Position numbers and translations under genes: made by a program. DNA of 64,000 nt from Pseudomonadota bacterium (GTDB taxonomy: Bacteria > Myxococcota > JACRCW01 > JAFGSX01). The first letter of the stretch is position 1. Each line of letters starts with the position of its first letter. This document shows positions 1 to 8,837 of this stretch, one piece after another. The notes below the pieces were generated by a model, which was given only the letters and a program-made list of their open reading frames with translations, made no database searches and had not been told where the DNA came from. The DNA lies in assembly GCA_043821645.1 (NCBI GenBank), contig JBDRCO010000118.1, positions 140,314-204,313 on the forward strand, given 5' to 3'.

Positions 1-131
1 AAGTCCGGCGCGGTCCCGCCGCTGTAGGTGGAGAGCCTGTTCCGACACGCCACTCGCGCTCGTCGTGGGGAAGGCAGGAACAGGCAGGTCTGGCGGAAGC
101 TGGGCCTGCTCCACAAGCCAGAAGACCTGCC
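1..131 (+). ncRNA. Cobalamin (B12) riboswitch, 5' end truncated by the window edge
   Basis: Conserved blocks in order: CGGTCCCGCCGCTGT, GCCACT...GGGAAGG and the B12 box AGCCAGAAGACCTGCC ending at 131. It lies directly upstream of a TonB-dependent receptor and ABC transporter genes. Confidence 0.92.
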
Positions 132-174
132 CGCAGGAAGTGCCGCGACGTCGCAAGGGAAGACGCTGCGGACG

Positions 175-209
175 CTAACTGCCTCTCCGCGAGAGAGAGG
201 AAGGTTAGG
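175..209 (+). promoter_or_regulatory. Putative RBS-sequestering hairpin (riboswitch expression platform)
   Basis: CTAAC...CCTCTC pairs with GAGAGG...GTTAG, covering the purine-rich region just before the GTG start at 209. Confidence 0.5.
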
Positions 210-2251
210 TGGTGAAGAGCCGCCTGCACTCCATCTCTGCGGTGGCTGGATTCATCCTTGCCACCGTGGGGTTCGTGAGCACGCCCGTGCGGGTACTGGC
301 GCAGGATGCGTCCGCGCCGAGTTCTGCGTCTTCGTCTTCGTCCACGGACCCGCCTGAAAAAAGCTTTGCGGACGACGAGCTGTCGGCCGAGGAATGGGCC
401 GAGGTCGAGGCGGCCGAGGCCTACGTGGTCGAGGCCAGGGCGCCCGAATTGCCCGAGCCGGGTGTGCAGGTCGACCTCGAAGCCGAGTCTTACAGCCAGG
501 ACCTGGCGAGTAGCCTGGATGCCGCGCCCGGAGCGCGGGCGGTTCGCTCGGGGGGCTTGCTGGCGCCGGCGGAGCTGCGGGTGCGCGGGTTGGGTGGCTC
601 GAGGCTGCGCATCGTGCTCGACGGTGTGCCGCTGGACGACCCGGCCGGTGGCCAGGTGGACCTGGCAGACCTGGACAGCGAGCTGCTCGAGCGGGCCACC
701 TTGTTGCGCGGTCCAGAGGCCGGGACCCTGGCGCCCGGTGCCCTGGCCGGAGCCCTGGACCTGCGCACGGCGAGGCCAGCGGCAGGCTTTCACGCGCGCT
801 TGCGCAGTGCCCTGGGCAGCGAGCAGACGGCCTTGCTGGCGAGCCGGGCGAGCTATGGTTTCGACAATGGCGCCGTGGGCCTGGCGCTCCGCCTTGGCAG
901 CAGTGTTGGAGATTTCGGTTACAGATCGGTCAGTTTTGGCGGCGACTCGGCCCTGGTAGGGGACGCTCAGCAGCGCTTCAACAACGATCAAAGGCGCGCC
1001 AGCGTCACCGCCACTGCGCAGTACGATCAGGAGCCGGTGAGTACCCGGCTGCTGGCGCAGGCCTCGCGCCACGAGGGTGGGCTGGCCGGGCTGAGCGGTC
1101 ACCCCACGCCGCGCGCGCGCTTCGCGTCGGAGTCGCAGCTGCTGGGCTCGCGCAGTCTGCTGTTCACCTCCCTCGCCATGCTGTCGCTGGAGCTGTCGGG
1201 CCGGCTACGCCGCGAGCGCTACGCACAACCCGAGGGGCTGGCGCCGCTGGCCACGGACACGCGGCTGCAGAGTCTGCGCGCCCACCTGGCAGCGAGTCAG
1301 GAGCGGCTGCTGGGCTTCATCGACACCAGTCTGGCGCTGGAGTCGAGCTACGCCGCGGCGCAGGTTCGGTCCGGGGACAGAGCCTCGGGTGTGGGCGTGG
1401 CCAACAGCGAGGTGTTCACCGAGGCCGATCGCCTGAGCGGTGCAGGCTTGTGGCGCGGCAGGGCCAGCCTGCTCGACAAGCGCCTGGCCGTGGACCTGGG
1501 GCTGCGCGTGGACGCCCTGTCCGACCTCGGCGTGGAGCCCTCGGCCTCGATGCGGCTGTCCGCCGCGGTGGTCAAGGGGCTGGTGCTCGAGGGCTACGTG
1601 GGGCGGGCGTTCAGGCCACCTACTTTTCTGGAGCTGCACGGACCTCCCTCGGGCTACGTGCGCTCCAATCCCGAGCTCAGACCCGAGGACGGCATCGAAG
1701 GTGGGCTGGTGCTGCGGGGCCAGGGCCCGCGGTTGCACGCCGAGCTGGCGCTGTTCGGCGCACGCCTCGACAACACCATTGTGTATCTCAATCGCAATGC
1801 CTACGAGGTGCGGCCGGAGAACGCTGGTGCGCTGTGGCGCGGCGGCGGCGAGGGGGTGGTGGCGGTACAGGCCACGCCCTGGTGGACCCACAGCGCCTCG
1901 GCGGAGCTGCTGCTCAGCCGGATGGATGTGACCGGGGCCGCGCTGCCGGCCACGCCGACCCTGGTGCTGCAGCAGCGCTCGGAGCTCAGGTTCGACGGAC
2001 TGTGGCGACGGGTGCCGCTGCGCGCTTTTGCCGACCTGAGGGTGCACAGCGAGACCGCCAGCAACCTGCACGGTGAGCTGCGCGTGCCGGCGCAGGCGGC
2101 GATCGATGCCGGGGCCGCGTGGGTGGTGGCACCCTGGGGCTCGCTGTCGGTCGAGGTGCACAACCTGCTCGATACCCAGACGCGGGTGGACCTGCGGCAA
2201 GTGCCGCTGCCCGGGCGCCAGTTCCTGGTGACCCTGGTGCTGGGGGTGTGA
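209..2251 (+). CDS. btuB: TonB-dependent outer-membrane receptor, BtuB-like
   Basis: Signal peptide; plug motifs (LRVRG, VLDGVPL, LLRGP); late-barrel motifs (FRPPTFLEL, NPELRPE, VHNLLD, PGR); downstream of the B12 riboswitch. Confidence 0.8.
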   Translation: MVKSRLHSISAVAGFILATVGFVSTPVRVLAQDASAPSSASSSSSTDPPEKSFADDELSAEEWAEVEAAEAYVVEARAPELPEPGVQVDLEAESYSQDLASSLDAAPGARAVRSGGLLAPAELRVRGLGGSRLRIVLDGVPLDDPAGGQVDLADLDSELLERATLLRGPEAGTLAPGALAGALDLRTARPAAGFHARLRSALGSEQTALLASRASYGFDNGAVGLALRLGSSVGDFGYRSVSFGGDSALVGDAQQRFNNDQRRASVTATAQYDQEPVSTRLLAQASRHEGGLAGLSGHPTPRARFASESQLLGSRSLLFTSLAMLSLELSGRLRRERYAQPEGLAPLATDTRLQSLRAHLAASQERLLGFIDTSLALESSYAAAQVRSGDRASGVGVANSEVFTEADRLSGAGLWRGRASLLDKRLAVDLGLRVDALSDLGVEPSASMRLSAAVVKGLVLEGYVGRAFRPPTFLELHGPPSGYVRSNPELRPEDGIEGGLVLRGQGPRLHAELALFGARLDNTIVYLNRNAYEVRPENAGALWRGGGEGVVAVQATPWWTHSASAELLLSRMDVTGAALPATPTLVLQQRSELRFDGLWRRVPLRAFADLRVHSETASNLHGELRVPAQAAIDAGAAWVVAPWGSLSVEVHNLLDTQTRVDLRQVPLPGRQFLVTLVLGV

Positions 2252-2252
2252 G

Positions 2253-3845
2253 GTGACAGCGATGCCAGGGCAATGCAACAGGTCGAAGATGGGGCTCGCA
2301 CCGCTCGTGCTGGCGCTCGCGCTGGGCCGCTGCGAGTGCCCGCAGGTCCCCGAGCCACCACCGGGGATACCCGACGGGCCGGTGAGCTGGTCCTATATTG
2401 CGGTGGGGGCGGACGGTGCACAGGGGCGGGCGCGCGGCTTTGATGGCGCGGTACCGGTGGGTGCGAGCATCGAGGTGCTGGATGGCGCCGAGCTGCTCGG
2501 GGTCGCAAGTCCTGACTCAAGAGGTCGTTTTGATTTAGCTTTCAGACCACCCGAGGCGGCCAAAGTGACGCTGCGGGTGACCCTGGCCGAGGCTGAGGCC
2601 GAGCCGCTGAGCCTGGAGTTTCCGCTCAAGGATATGCAGCAGGCGCTGGACGCGGCGGTGAATCCGCGCCTCGGGGCGACCGGCTCCATGCCCAATCACC
2701 TGGCCCTGGTGCCAGCCCTGGCGAGCGCCGACGACGTGCCTGTGCTCATCGTCAACAGCGGCGACAACAACGTGGACAACCTGGGTCTGAGCAGCGGCCG
2801 CCGGCTACTGCAGCCGCTGAGCTTGCCCGCGCAATCCGGCAGTGGGGGCCCCCGGCCGGCCCAGCCCTACGCCGTGGCGGTGCTCGATCAGCGGGCCGCG
2901 GTGACGCGCTTCGGGCAATCGGCGGTCACCCTGTTCAACGCCGCCACCGGTGCGGTGCTGGCCGAGATACAGGAGACCCAGGCGGTGGCGCTGCCGCAGC
3001 CTTTCACCCCGGCCACGCCGGTCGATGCCGATGGCGATGGCACGCCCGAAAGCGTGGTCACGGCCATCCTGCCGCGCGGCTTCGAGGGCCTGGCCTTTGC
3101 GGGCAGCCGCCTGTTCGTGGCCGCGGCCAACGTGCTGCGCACCACCGCGCCGGTGGTCTACGCGCCGGGCCTGCTGCTGGCTTACGAGGTGGGCGCGACC
3201 AGCCTGAGCCGGCCTGCGGCGCCGCGGGTGTTCACGGCGTTTGAAAACCCGCAGTTCGTGCTCGGCCTCGGCGATGCGGTGGCGGTGGTGGAGAGCGGCG
3301 TGCTCGAGCAGACCGCCCAGGGCTGGCAGGCCACCCGCGATGGCGGGGTGGAGCTGTTCGACGCGGCGACCCTGCAGCGGCGCTGGCAAGCCAATCTGGG
3401 TCGGCTGGCTCCGGGCGCCGTGGCGCTCTCGCCCGACGGTCAGAGCCTGTACGTGTCGAGCATGCTCAAGCCCGAGATCTACAAGCTCGATGTGGCCAGC
3501 GGCCAGATCCTGCGCGGCGCCAGCGATCCCATCCGGCTGTTCTCGGCGAGCGAGGTGCAGTCGCTGTTCGGCCTCGAGGCGCATCCCATGGGGCTGCTGT
3601 TCGCCACCTGCTTCAACAGCGACCAGGTCTTTGTCGTCGATACCGCAAACGACAGCGTGTCGCCCTGGCCCTTTGTCAAACCGCTGCAGGTGGGCGAGGG
3701 CGGCCAGGCCTTTGCCGGGGCCCAGGCCCTGGCGCTGCGCCCCGGGCGCAACGGAGTGGACTTCAGGGGTGCCGACCTGGCGGTGCTGCTCAACCTGGCT
3801 GCGCGCGTGGCGACGGTGGACACGCGCTTTGTGATGGGGCCGTGA
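2253..3845 (+). CDS. Putative lipoprotein with N-terminal Ig-like region and YncE-like beta-propeller (BtuG-like candidate)
   Basis: Hydrophobic leader ending in Cys (LALALGRC); blade-like motifs (AVALSPDGQSLYVS, FNSDQVFVVD); starts 1 nt after btuB. Alternative ATG at 2289. Confidence 0.65.
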   Translation: MTAMPGQCNRSKMGLAPLVLALALGRCECPQVPEPPPGIPDGPVSWSYIAVGADGAQGRARGFDGAVPVGASIEVLDGAELLGVASPDSRGRFDLAFRPPEAAKVTLRVTLAEAEAEPLSLEFPLKDMQQALDAAVNPRLGATGSMPNHLALVPALASADDVPVLIVNSGDNNVDNLGLSSGRRLLQPLSLPAQSGSGGPRPAQPYAVAVLDQRAAVTRFGQSAVTLFNAATGAVLAEIQETQAVALPQPFTPATPVDADGDGTPESVVTAILPRGFEGLAFAGSRLFVAAANVLRTTAPVVYAPGLLLAYEVGATSLSRPAAPRVFTAFENPQFVLGLGDAVAVVESGVLEQTAQGWQATRDGGVELFDAATLQRRWQANLGRLAPGAVALSPDGQSLYVSSMLKPEIYKLDVASGQILRGASDPIRLFSASEVQSLFGLEAHPMGLLFATCFNSDQVFVVDTANDSVSPWPFVKPLQVGEGGQAFAGAQALALRPGRNGVDFRGADLAVLLNLAARVATVDTRFVMGP

Positions 3846-3903
3846 CGACGGGAAACAGGGTGTCTCTGCGCACGCTTCACGAGTAAAAAAGGAGAAGGGG
3901 ACC

Positions 3904-4755
3904 ATGAAGATCCAGAGCTGTGGGACGATGGTGGTGGCGCTGGCAGTGGCCATGACGACGGGCTGTCCGACCGATCTGTGCGGCGACAAGAGCTGCGGTG
4001 ATCATGGAAGCTGCGACGCGGAGACCGGGGAGTGCGCCTGCGACACACAATGGACTGGCGCGCTGTGCGACACCGAGGAGCCGCTCGAGATCATCGGCAG
4101 CTACGTCGACGACTGGGGCTTTGATCACGAGATCACCCAGGCCAGCTGGGTGAACATGGGCTCGACCTTTCATACCTCGCAGTACTCCAATGCCGAGGAC
4201 TGGCTGGTGGCGCACAACGATGCCGCCAACACCTACAACCCCGACCTGTGGAGCCGCTTCGACTGGACCCACAGCAGCGGTCAGCTCTACTACTGCCAGA
4301 GCGCCTTCGACGCTGCCAGCGAACAGGCCGCGCTCGCCGTCACCCCGGCCAACAGCGGCGACCTCAGCACGGGCTGTGGCGGCTACGCCTGGTCCACCCT
4401 CAGCGAGCCTCTGGCCATTCGCGGCACCTACGTCGACGACTACACCCTGGTGCACGAGATCAGCCAGACCGCCTGGGTCATGCCCGGCTCGCCCTCGGAC
4501 AGCGTGTTTCACATCAGCCAGTTCTCCAATGCCGGCGAGTTCGTGATCGCCCACAACGATGCCGCCAACCCCTACAGTGCAGACTTGTGGAGCCGCTTCG
4601 ACTGGACCCACGACAGCGCCAGCGACCTGTACTACTGCCAGATCGTGTATGAGGCGGCCGACGAGAACGCGGCTCTGGCCGCCAGCGGTGCCAACCGCAG
4701 CGACCTGAGCACCGGCTGCAACAACTTCAGCTGGTCCAAGTTGACCCCGCAGTGA
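3904..4755 (+). CDS. Lipoprotein with EGF-like domain and two tandem copies of an uncharacterised ~110-aa domain
   Basis: Strong SD (AGGAGAAGG); lipobox-like TTGC; EGF-like CGDHGSC...CACDTQWTGALC; internal duplication. Confidence 0.8.
   Translation: MKIQSCGTMVVALAVAMTTGCPTDLCGDKSCGDHGSCDAETGECACDTQWTGALCDTEEPLEIIGSYVDDWGFDHEITQASWVNMGSTFHTSQYSNAEDWLVAHNDAANTYNPDLWSRFDWTHSSGQLYYCQSAFDAASEQAALAVTPANSGDLSTGCGGYAWSTLSEPLAIRGTYVDDYTLVHEISQTAWVMPGSPSDSVFHISQFSNAGEFVIAHNDAANPYSADLWSRFDWTHDSASDLYYCQIVYEAADENAALAASGANRSDLSTGCNNFSWSKLTPQ
4078..4743 (+). repeat. Intragenic tandem domain duplication (about 4078-4404 and 4405-4743)
   Basis: Both copies share AHNDAAN.Y..DLWSRFDWTH, LYYCQ and DLSTGC...WS.L. 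The DNA TGTGGAGCCGCTTCGACTGGACCCAC occurs in both. Confidence 0.9.
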
Positions 4756-5984
4756 CGAGGGCATCGACAGCGCACGGGAGCGGCGGAGGCTTGGGGGCTC
4801 TGCTGAGTCTGTTGCTGGCCTGCACGCCAGGCCCCGAGCCGGGTTCCGACACCGGGGAGGTCTCCCAGGATGGCGGGGGCGTTGACGTCGGGAGCCAGGA
4901 CGCCCAGGTGGATGCAGGGATGCCCTGGCGCCCCGAGGCCTCGGATTGCGCTGAGACCCTGGACAGGCTGAGCCTGAGCGCGAGTCAGCAGCAGCGCACC
5001 CTGCGCCTGGCGGACCAGGAGGTGCTGCACGCGAGCACGGACAGCCCCGCGGTGCTGGACCTGGCCATGATCGATGGGCAGCTCGCACTGCGCGCCCTGG
5101 GTTCGGGCCACGCCACCGTGCACCTGGAGGGGGCCACGGCTTCGCAGCAGGTGCTGGTCGAGGTGACGGCGCAGCCCACGCCCTTCGGGCAGCGCGTGGT
5201 CGAGGTGCAGTACGGCACCAGCGCGGGCTTTGGACAGGGCGACATGCCCGCCATCGTGCTCGGACCGCCTCGCGGAGGTGGTGCCCAGGCCGGTTCTCTC
5301 GACGTGGTGGCGCTGGGGGTGGGCGGCCACATCACCCTCGAGCTCGGCGTCGATCTCGCAGACGGGCCCGGGCCCGACCTGATCGTGTTCGAGAACGCCT
5401 TTGTCGACGCGCTCAGCGGTGAGGTCAGCTACGTGGAGCCGGCGCAGGTGGCCGTTTCGACGGACGGAACGACCTTTGTCGATTTCCCCTGTGATCCACT
5501 GCCACCGCACGCAGGCTGCGCCGGGCTGGCACCGGTGCTGGCGCATCCGCTGTGGCCGGTGGATGCCACGGATCCGGCGAGCGCCGGCGGCGACGCCTTT
5601 GACCTCGCCAGCCTGGGCCTCGAGCGCGCGCGCTATGTGCGCATCACCGACGTCAGTCCGACCAGCGCGGGCGGCATCGCGGCGGGCTTCGACCTGGACG
5701 CGGTGGTCGCGGTGCACGGCGTGCCCCGGGGGCGTGTCGCCCTGATCGGTCCGGCCACCCTGCGGATGAACCCGGACTCCAGCGCGACCCCGCGGCTGGA
5801 TCTGCGCGGGCCCGAGCAAAGCCTGTTCGGTGTGCGCACCCACTGCGCGCTCGACGATCTGGCCGTGGCCACCCTGGAGTGCGACTGCACGCTGCGGGCG
5901 CGGTCGACCGGACACACGATCCTGCGCGCGCGGCTGGGCACGCTGTCAACGACGATCGCCGTCGAGGTGGTGGCCGGACCATGA
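4752..5984 (+). CDS. Cell-surface lipoprotein with a BtuH-like domain flanked by Ig-like segments
   Basis: Lipobox LLAC; motif series VALGVGGHITL, DLIVFENAF, EPAQVAVSTDG, GGDAFDL, RYVRITD, GFDLDAV; GTGA overlap with the previous gene. Confidence 0.65.
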   Translation: MTRASTAHGSGGGLGALLSLLLACTPGPEPGSDTGEVSQDGGGVDVGSQDAQVDAGMPWRPEASDCAETLDRLSLSASQQQRTLRLADQEVLHASTDSPAVLDLAMIDGQLALRALGSGHATVHLEGATASQQVLVEVTAQPTPFGQRVVEVQYGTSAGFGQGDMPAIVLGPPRGGGAQAGSLDVVALGVGGHITLELGVDLADGPGPDLIVFENAFVDALSGEVSYVEPAQVAVSTDGTTFVDFPCDPLPPHAGCAGLAPVLAHPLWPVDATDPASAGGDAFDLASLGLERARYVRITDVSPTSAGGIAAGFDLDAVVAVHGVPRGRVALIGPATLRMNPDSSATPRLDLRGPEQSLFGVRTHCALDDLAVATLECDCTLRARSTGHTILRARLGTLSTTIAVEVVAGP

Positions 5985-6997
5985 TCAGATGGGTGTTCTC
6001 GAAGCCTGGACCGCGTTCGATTTTTGGACTCCAGCGGACGCCTGGGGCGTCGCCTCGTACCGGTCGCGGCGTCTCGGCGCTGGGGGGGATGGCGACCCTG
6101 CTGCTGCTCGCGGCCTGTCTGAAGAGCGCCCCGAAGGACACTGCCAGCGTCCTCGACGCCGGGGCCATGCGCGACGAGGTGCCAAACGCCCGTGCGCCGC
6201 ACTTCCTTGGCGGACGCGCCCCCACCCGCCACGCCCGGGTGGTCTCGCTGGCGCCCAGCGTGACCGAGATCGTGTTCGCCCTCGGCGCGGGGGATTCTCT
6301 GGTCGGGGTCACCCGCTTCTGCGACGAACCTGCCGCGGCGCGCGCCCTGCCCAAGATAGGCGGCTTCCTCGACCCCAGCCTCGAGGCCGTGGCCGCACTC
6401 AAGCCCGACCTGATCATCACCGTGCCCAACGGCCAGGCACGCAGCGTGACCGAGCGCCTGGCCGAGATCGGACATCCGGTGCTGCTGCTGTACGACTACA
6501 CCCTGGCCGACGTGGAGCAGGGCATCCTCGCGGTGGCCCGCGCCCTCGACCTCGAGGCCGCCGGTGTCGCGCTGATCGACACCATGCGCAGGGATGTCGC
6601 CGCGGTGCGCGCCCGGGTGGCGGGCTCCGAGCGGCCCCGGGTGCTGTTCCTGTACGGCCACAAGCCGCTGGTGGCGGCAGGACCGGGCTCCTATGCCGAC
6701 GCCCTGATCGAGATCGCCGGTGGCGTCAACGCCGCGGGTCGAGGCATGGCACGCTACCCCACGCTGTCGCTCGAAACCTTGATCGGACTCAAGCCCGAGG
6801 TCATCATCGATGCCTTCCCGGCCGGCATGGGTGCCGCGCCCGAGTCCACGGAGATGGAAAACCTGTCCAGTGTCCCCGCCGTGGCCCACGGCCGCGTCTA
6901 CGCCCTGCGCGACAATGCGTCGCTGCGACCCGGTCCACGCGTCGGTGCTGACGCGCGACTGCTCGCCGCACTGCTGCATCCGGGCCCGCCGCCATGA
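5981..6997 (+). CDS. btuF: Cobalamin ABC transporter substrate-binding protein
   Basis: RVVSLAPSVTEIVFALG, LVGVTRFCD, LKPDLII, RPGPR. ATGA overlap at 5981; alternative start at 6089 before lipobox LAAC. Confidence 0.85.
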   Translation: MIRWVFSKPGPRSIFGLQRTPGASPRTGRGVSALGGMATLLLLAACLKSAPKDTASVLDAGAMRDEVPNARAPHFLGGRAPTRHARVVSLAPSVTEIVFALGAGDSLVGVTRFCDEPAAARALPKIGGFLDPSLEAVAALKPDLIITVPNGQARSVTERLAEIGHPVLLLYDYTLADVEQGILAVARALDLEAAGVALIDTMRRDVAAVRARVAGSERPRVLFLYGHKPLVAAGPGSYADALIEIAGGVNAAGRGMARYPTLSLETLIGLKPEVIIDAFPAGMGAAPESTEMENLSSVPAVAHGRVYALRDNASLRPGPRVGADARLLAALLHPGPPP

Positions 6998-8016
6998 TGT
7001 TCGCCCAGGGTCCGCTCACTCCCCGCCGCCTGGTGATTGCCGTCGCAGCGAGCGCGGCGCTGGCAGGACTGTGCGTCCTGCTCGCGCTGGGCCTGGGCAG
7101 CGGTGATCCGGGTTTGCTGGAGACCTTTCGCTACCTGGGTGGAGGCGAGGTCGAGGCCAGCTCCCAGGCCGTGCTGGGCATGCGCGCGTGGCGCGTGCTG
7201 CTGGGTCTGCTTGCCGGCGGCGCGCTGGCGGCGGTGGGGGTGGTGCTGCAGCTGGTGCTGCGCAACCCGCTGGCGGATCCCTACGTGGTGGGCGTGTCGG
7301 GTGGTGCTGCACTCACCGGCAGCCTGGCCATCATCCTGATCGGCCAGGGTCCCTGGGTCCCGCCCGCCGCCTTCGCCGGCGCGGCCCTGGCCACCTTCAT
7401 CACCCTCGGCGCGGCGCGGGTCGGAGGGCGCCAGCCCGATGTCTCGGTGCTGCTGGTCGGCGTGGTGCTCAACTCCTTTGCCTCGGCGGTCATCACCTTC
7501 GTCAAGACCCTGGTGGCCGCATCCAAGGCACAGGAGGTGCTGTTCTGGCTGGTGGGCTTCGTCGGCTACGCGCGCCCGAGCACCGTGGGCACCATCGCGG
7601 TGGCGGTGGCGCTGTCCCTGGGCGTGCTGCTGTGGCTGAGCCCACAGCTCCACATCATGGGCCTCGGCGACGCCGCGGCAGCGCGGCTCGGTGTGCGCGT
7701 CGAGCGCACCCGGACCCTGGCCCTGCTCGCCTGCAGCCTGGCCACCGGAGCCGTGGTGTCCGAGGTCGGGCTCATCGGCTTCGTCGGCCTCATCGTGCCG
7801 CACGCGATGCGCATCCTGGTCGGTCCGGATCCGCGCATCCTGCTGCCCGTGGCGACCCTGCTCGGGGGAGCGTCCCTGGTCCTGGTGGACGCAGGGACCC
7901 GGTTGCTGTTCCGGGTCTTTTACAGCGAGCCACCGGTGGGCGCCCTGTGTGCGGCCATAGGCGCGCCGCTGTTCGTGATCCTGCTCAGGCGCCATCTGCG
8001 CGGGAGGCGCGGGTGA
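6994..8016 (+). CDS. btuC: Cobalamin ABC transporter permease (FecCD/BtuC family)
   Basis: LRNPLADPYVVGVSGGA, LG..AA.LG, GLIGFVGLIVPH; multiple TM helices. Confidence 0.9.
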   Translation: MMFAQGPLTPRRLVIAVAASAALAGLCVLLALGLGSGDPGLLETFRYLGGGEVEASSQAVLGMRAWRVLLGLLAGGALAAVGVVLQLVLRNPLADPYVVGVSGGAALTGSLAIILIGQGPWVPPAAFAGAALATFITLGAARVGGRQPDVSVLLVGVVLNSFASAVITFVKTLVAASKAQEVLFWLVGFVGYARPSTVGTIAVAVALSLGVLLWLSPQLHIMGLGDAAAARLGVRVERTRTLALLACSLATGAVVSEVGLIGFVGLIVPHAMRILVGPDPRILLPVATLLGGASLVLVDAGTRLLFRVFYSEPPVGALCAAIGAPLFVILLRRHLRGRRG

Positions 8017-8780
8017 CGGCCCTGCTCGAGGCCAGGGGCTTGAGCGCGCGGGTCGGCCAGGCCGTGCTGGTCGACGCGGTGTCGCTGAGCATCGCCGCGG
8101 GTGAGCGGGTGGCCCTGATCGGGCCCAACGGCGCAGGCAAGTCCACCTTGCTCGACCTGCTGTCCGGAATCCGAACTCCGTCGTCGGGGCAGGTGCTGCT
8201 CGAGGGCCGCGATCTGGTCGAGCTGGGTCGTCGCCAGGTGGCACAGCAGGTGGCGGTGGTGCCCCAGCTCGAGGCCCTGCCCGATGACCTGCGCGCCCTC
8301 GAGGCGGTGCTGATGGGGCGGGCGCCGCACCAGAGGGGCTTCAGCCTACCCAGCGACGACGACGTGAGCATGGCCCGCGACGCGCTGCGCGAGCTCGATC
8401 TCGAGGGCTTCGAGACTCGCGAGGTGGGCACCCTGTCCGGCGGCGAGCGCCAGCGCGTGCTCATCGCGCGTGCCCTGGTGCAGCGGCCTCGGTTGCTGTT
8501 GCTCGATGAGCCCACCTCGGCCCTCGATCTGGGGCATGCGCTGTACATCTTCCACCTGGTGCAGCGGCTCTCGGAGCAGGGCGTGGCCGTGCTGAGCACG
8601 GTACACGACCTCAACCAGGCGCCCCTGGCCGCCACCCGCGTGCTGATCCTGCATCGCGGCAAGCTGGTGGTGGACGACAGCGTGGAGGCGGCCATGCAGC
8701 CGGAGCGCCTGCGACCCTGGTTCGAGGTCGACCTGGTGAGAGGCGAGCTGGCGGGTCGCCCGGTGCTGGTGCCGGCCTGA
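8013..8780 (+). CDS. btuD: Cobalamin/Fe-siderophore ABC transporter ATPase
   Basis: Walker A GPNGAGKST, signature LSGGERQR, Walker B LLLLDEP, H-loop VHDLN; GTG start overlaps the btuC stop. Confidence 0.88.
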   Translation: MTALLEARGLSARVGQAVLVDAVSLSIAAGERVALIGPNGAGKSTLLDLLSGIRTPSSGQVLLEGRDLVELGRRQVAQQVAVVPQLEALPDDLRALEAVLMGRAPHQRGFSLPSDDDVSMARDALRELDLEGFETREVGTLSGGERQRVLIARALVQRPRLLLLDEPTSALDLGHALYIFHLVQRLSEQGVAVLSTVHDLNQAPLAATRVLILHRGKLVVDDSVEAAMQPERLRPWFEVDLVRGELAGRPVLVPA

Positions 8781-8837
8781 GTGCTCGATGTCGTGGACGG
8801 TGTGCGCTGTGCTGGCCGCGGGGACCGGGGTCTCGCC

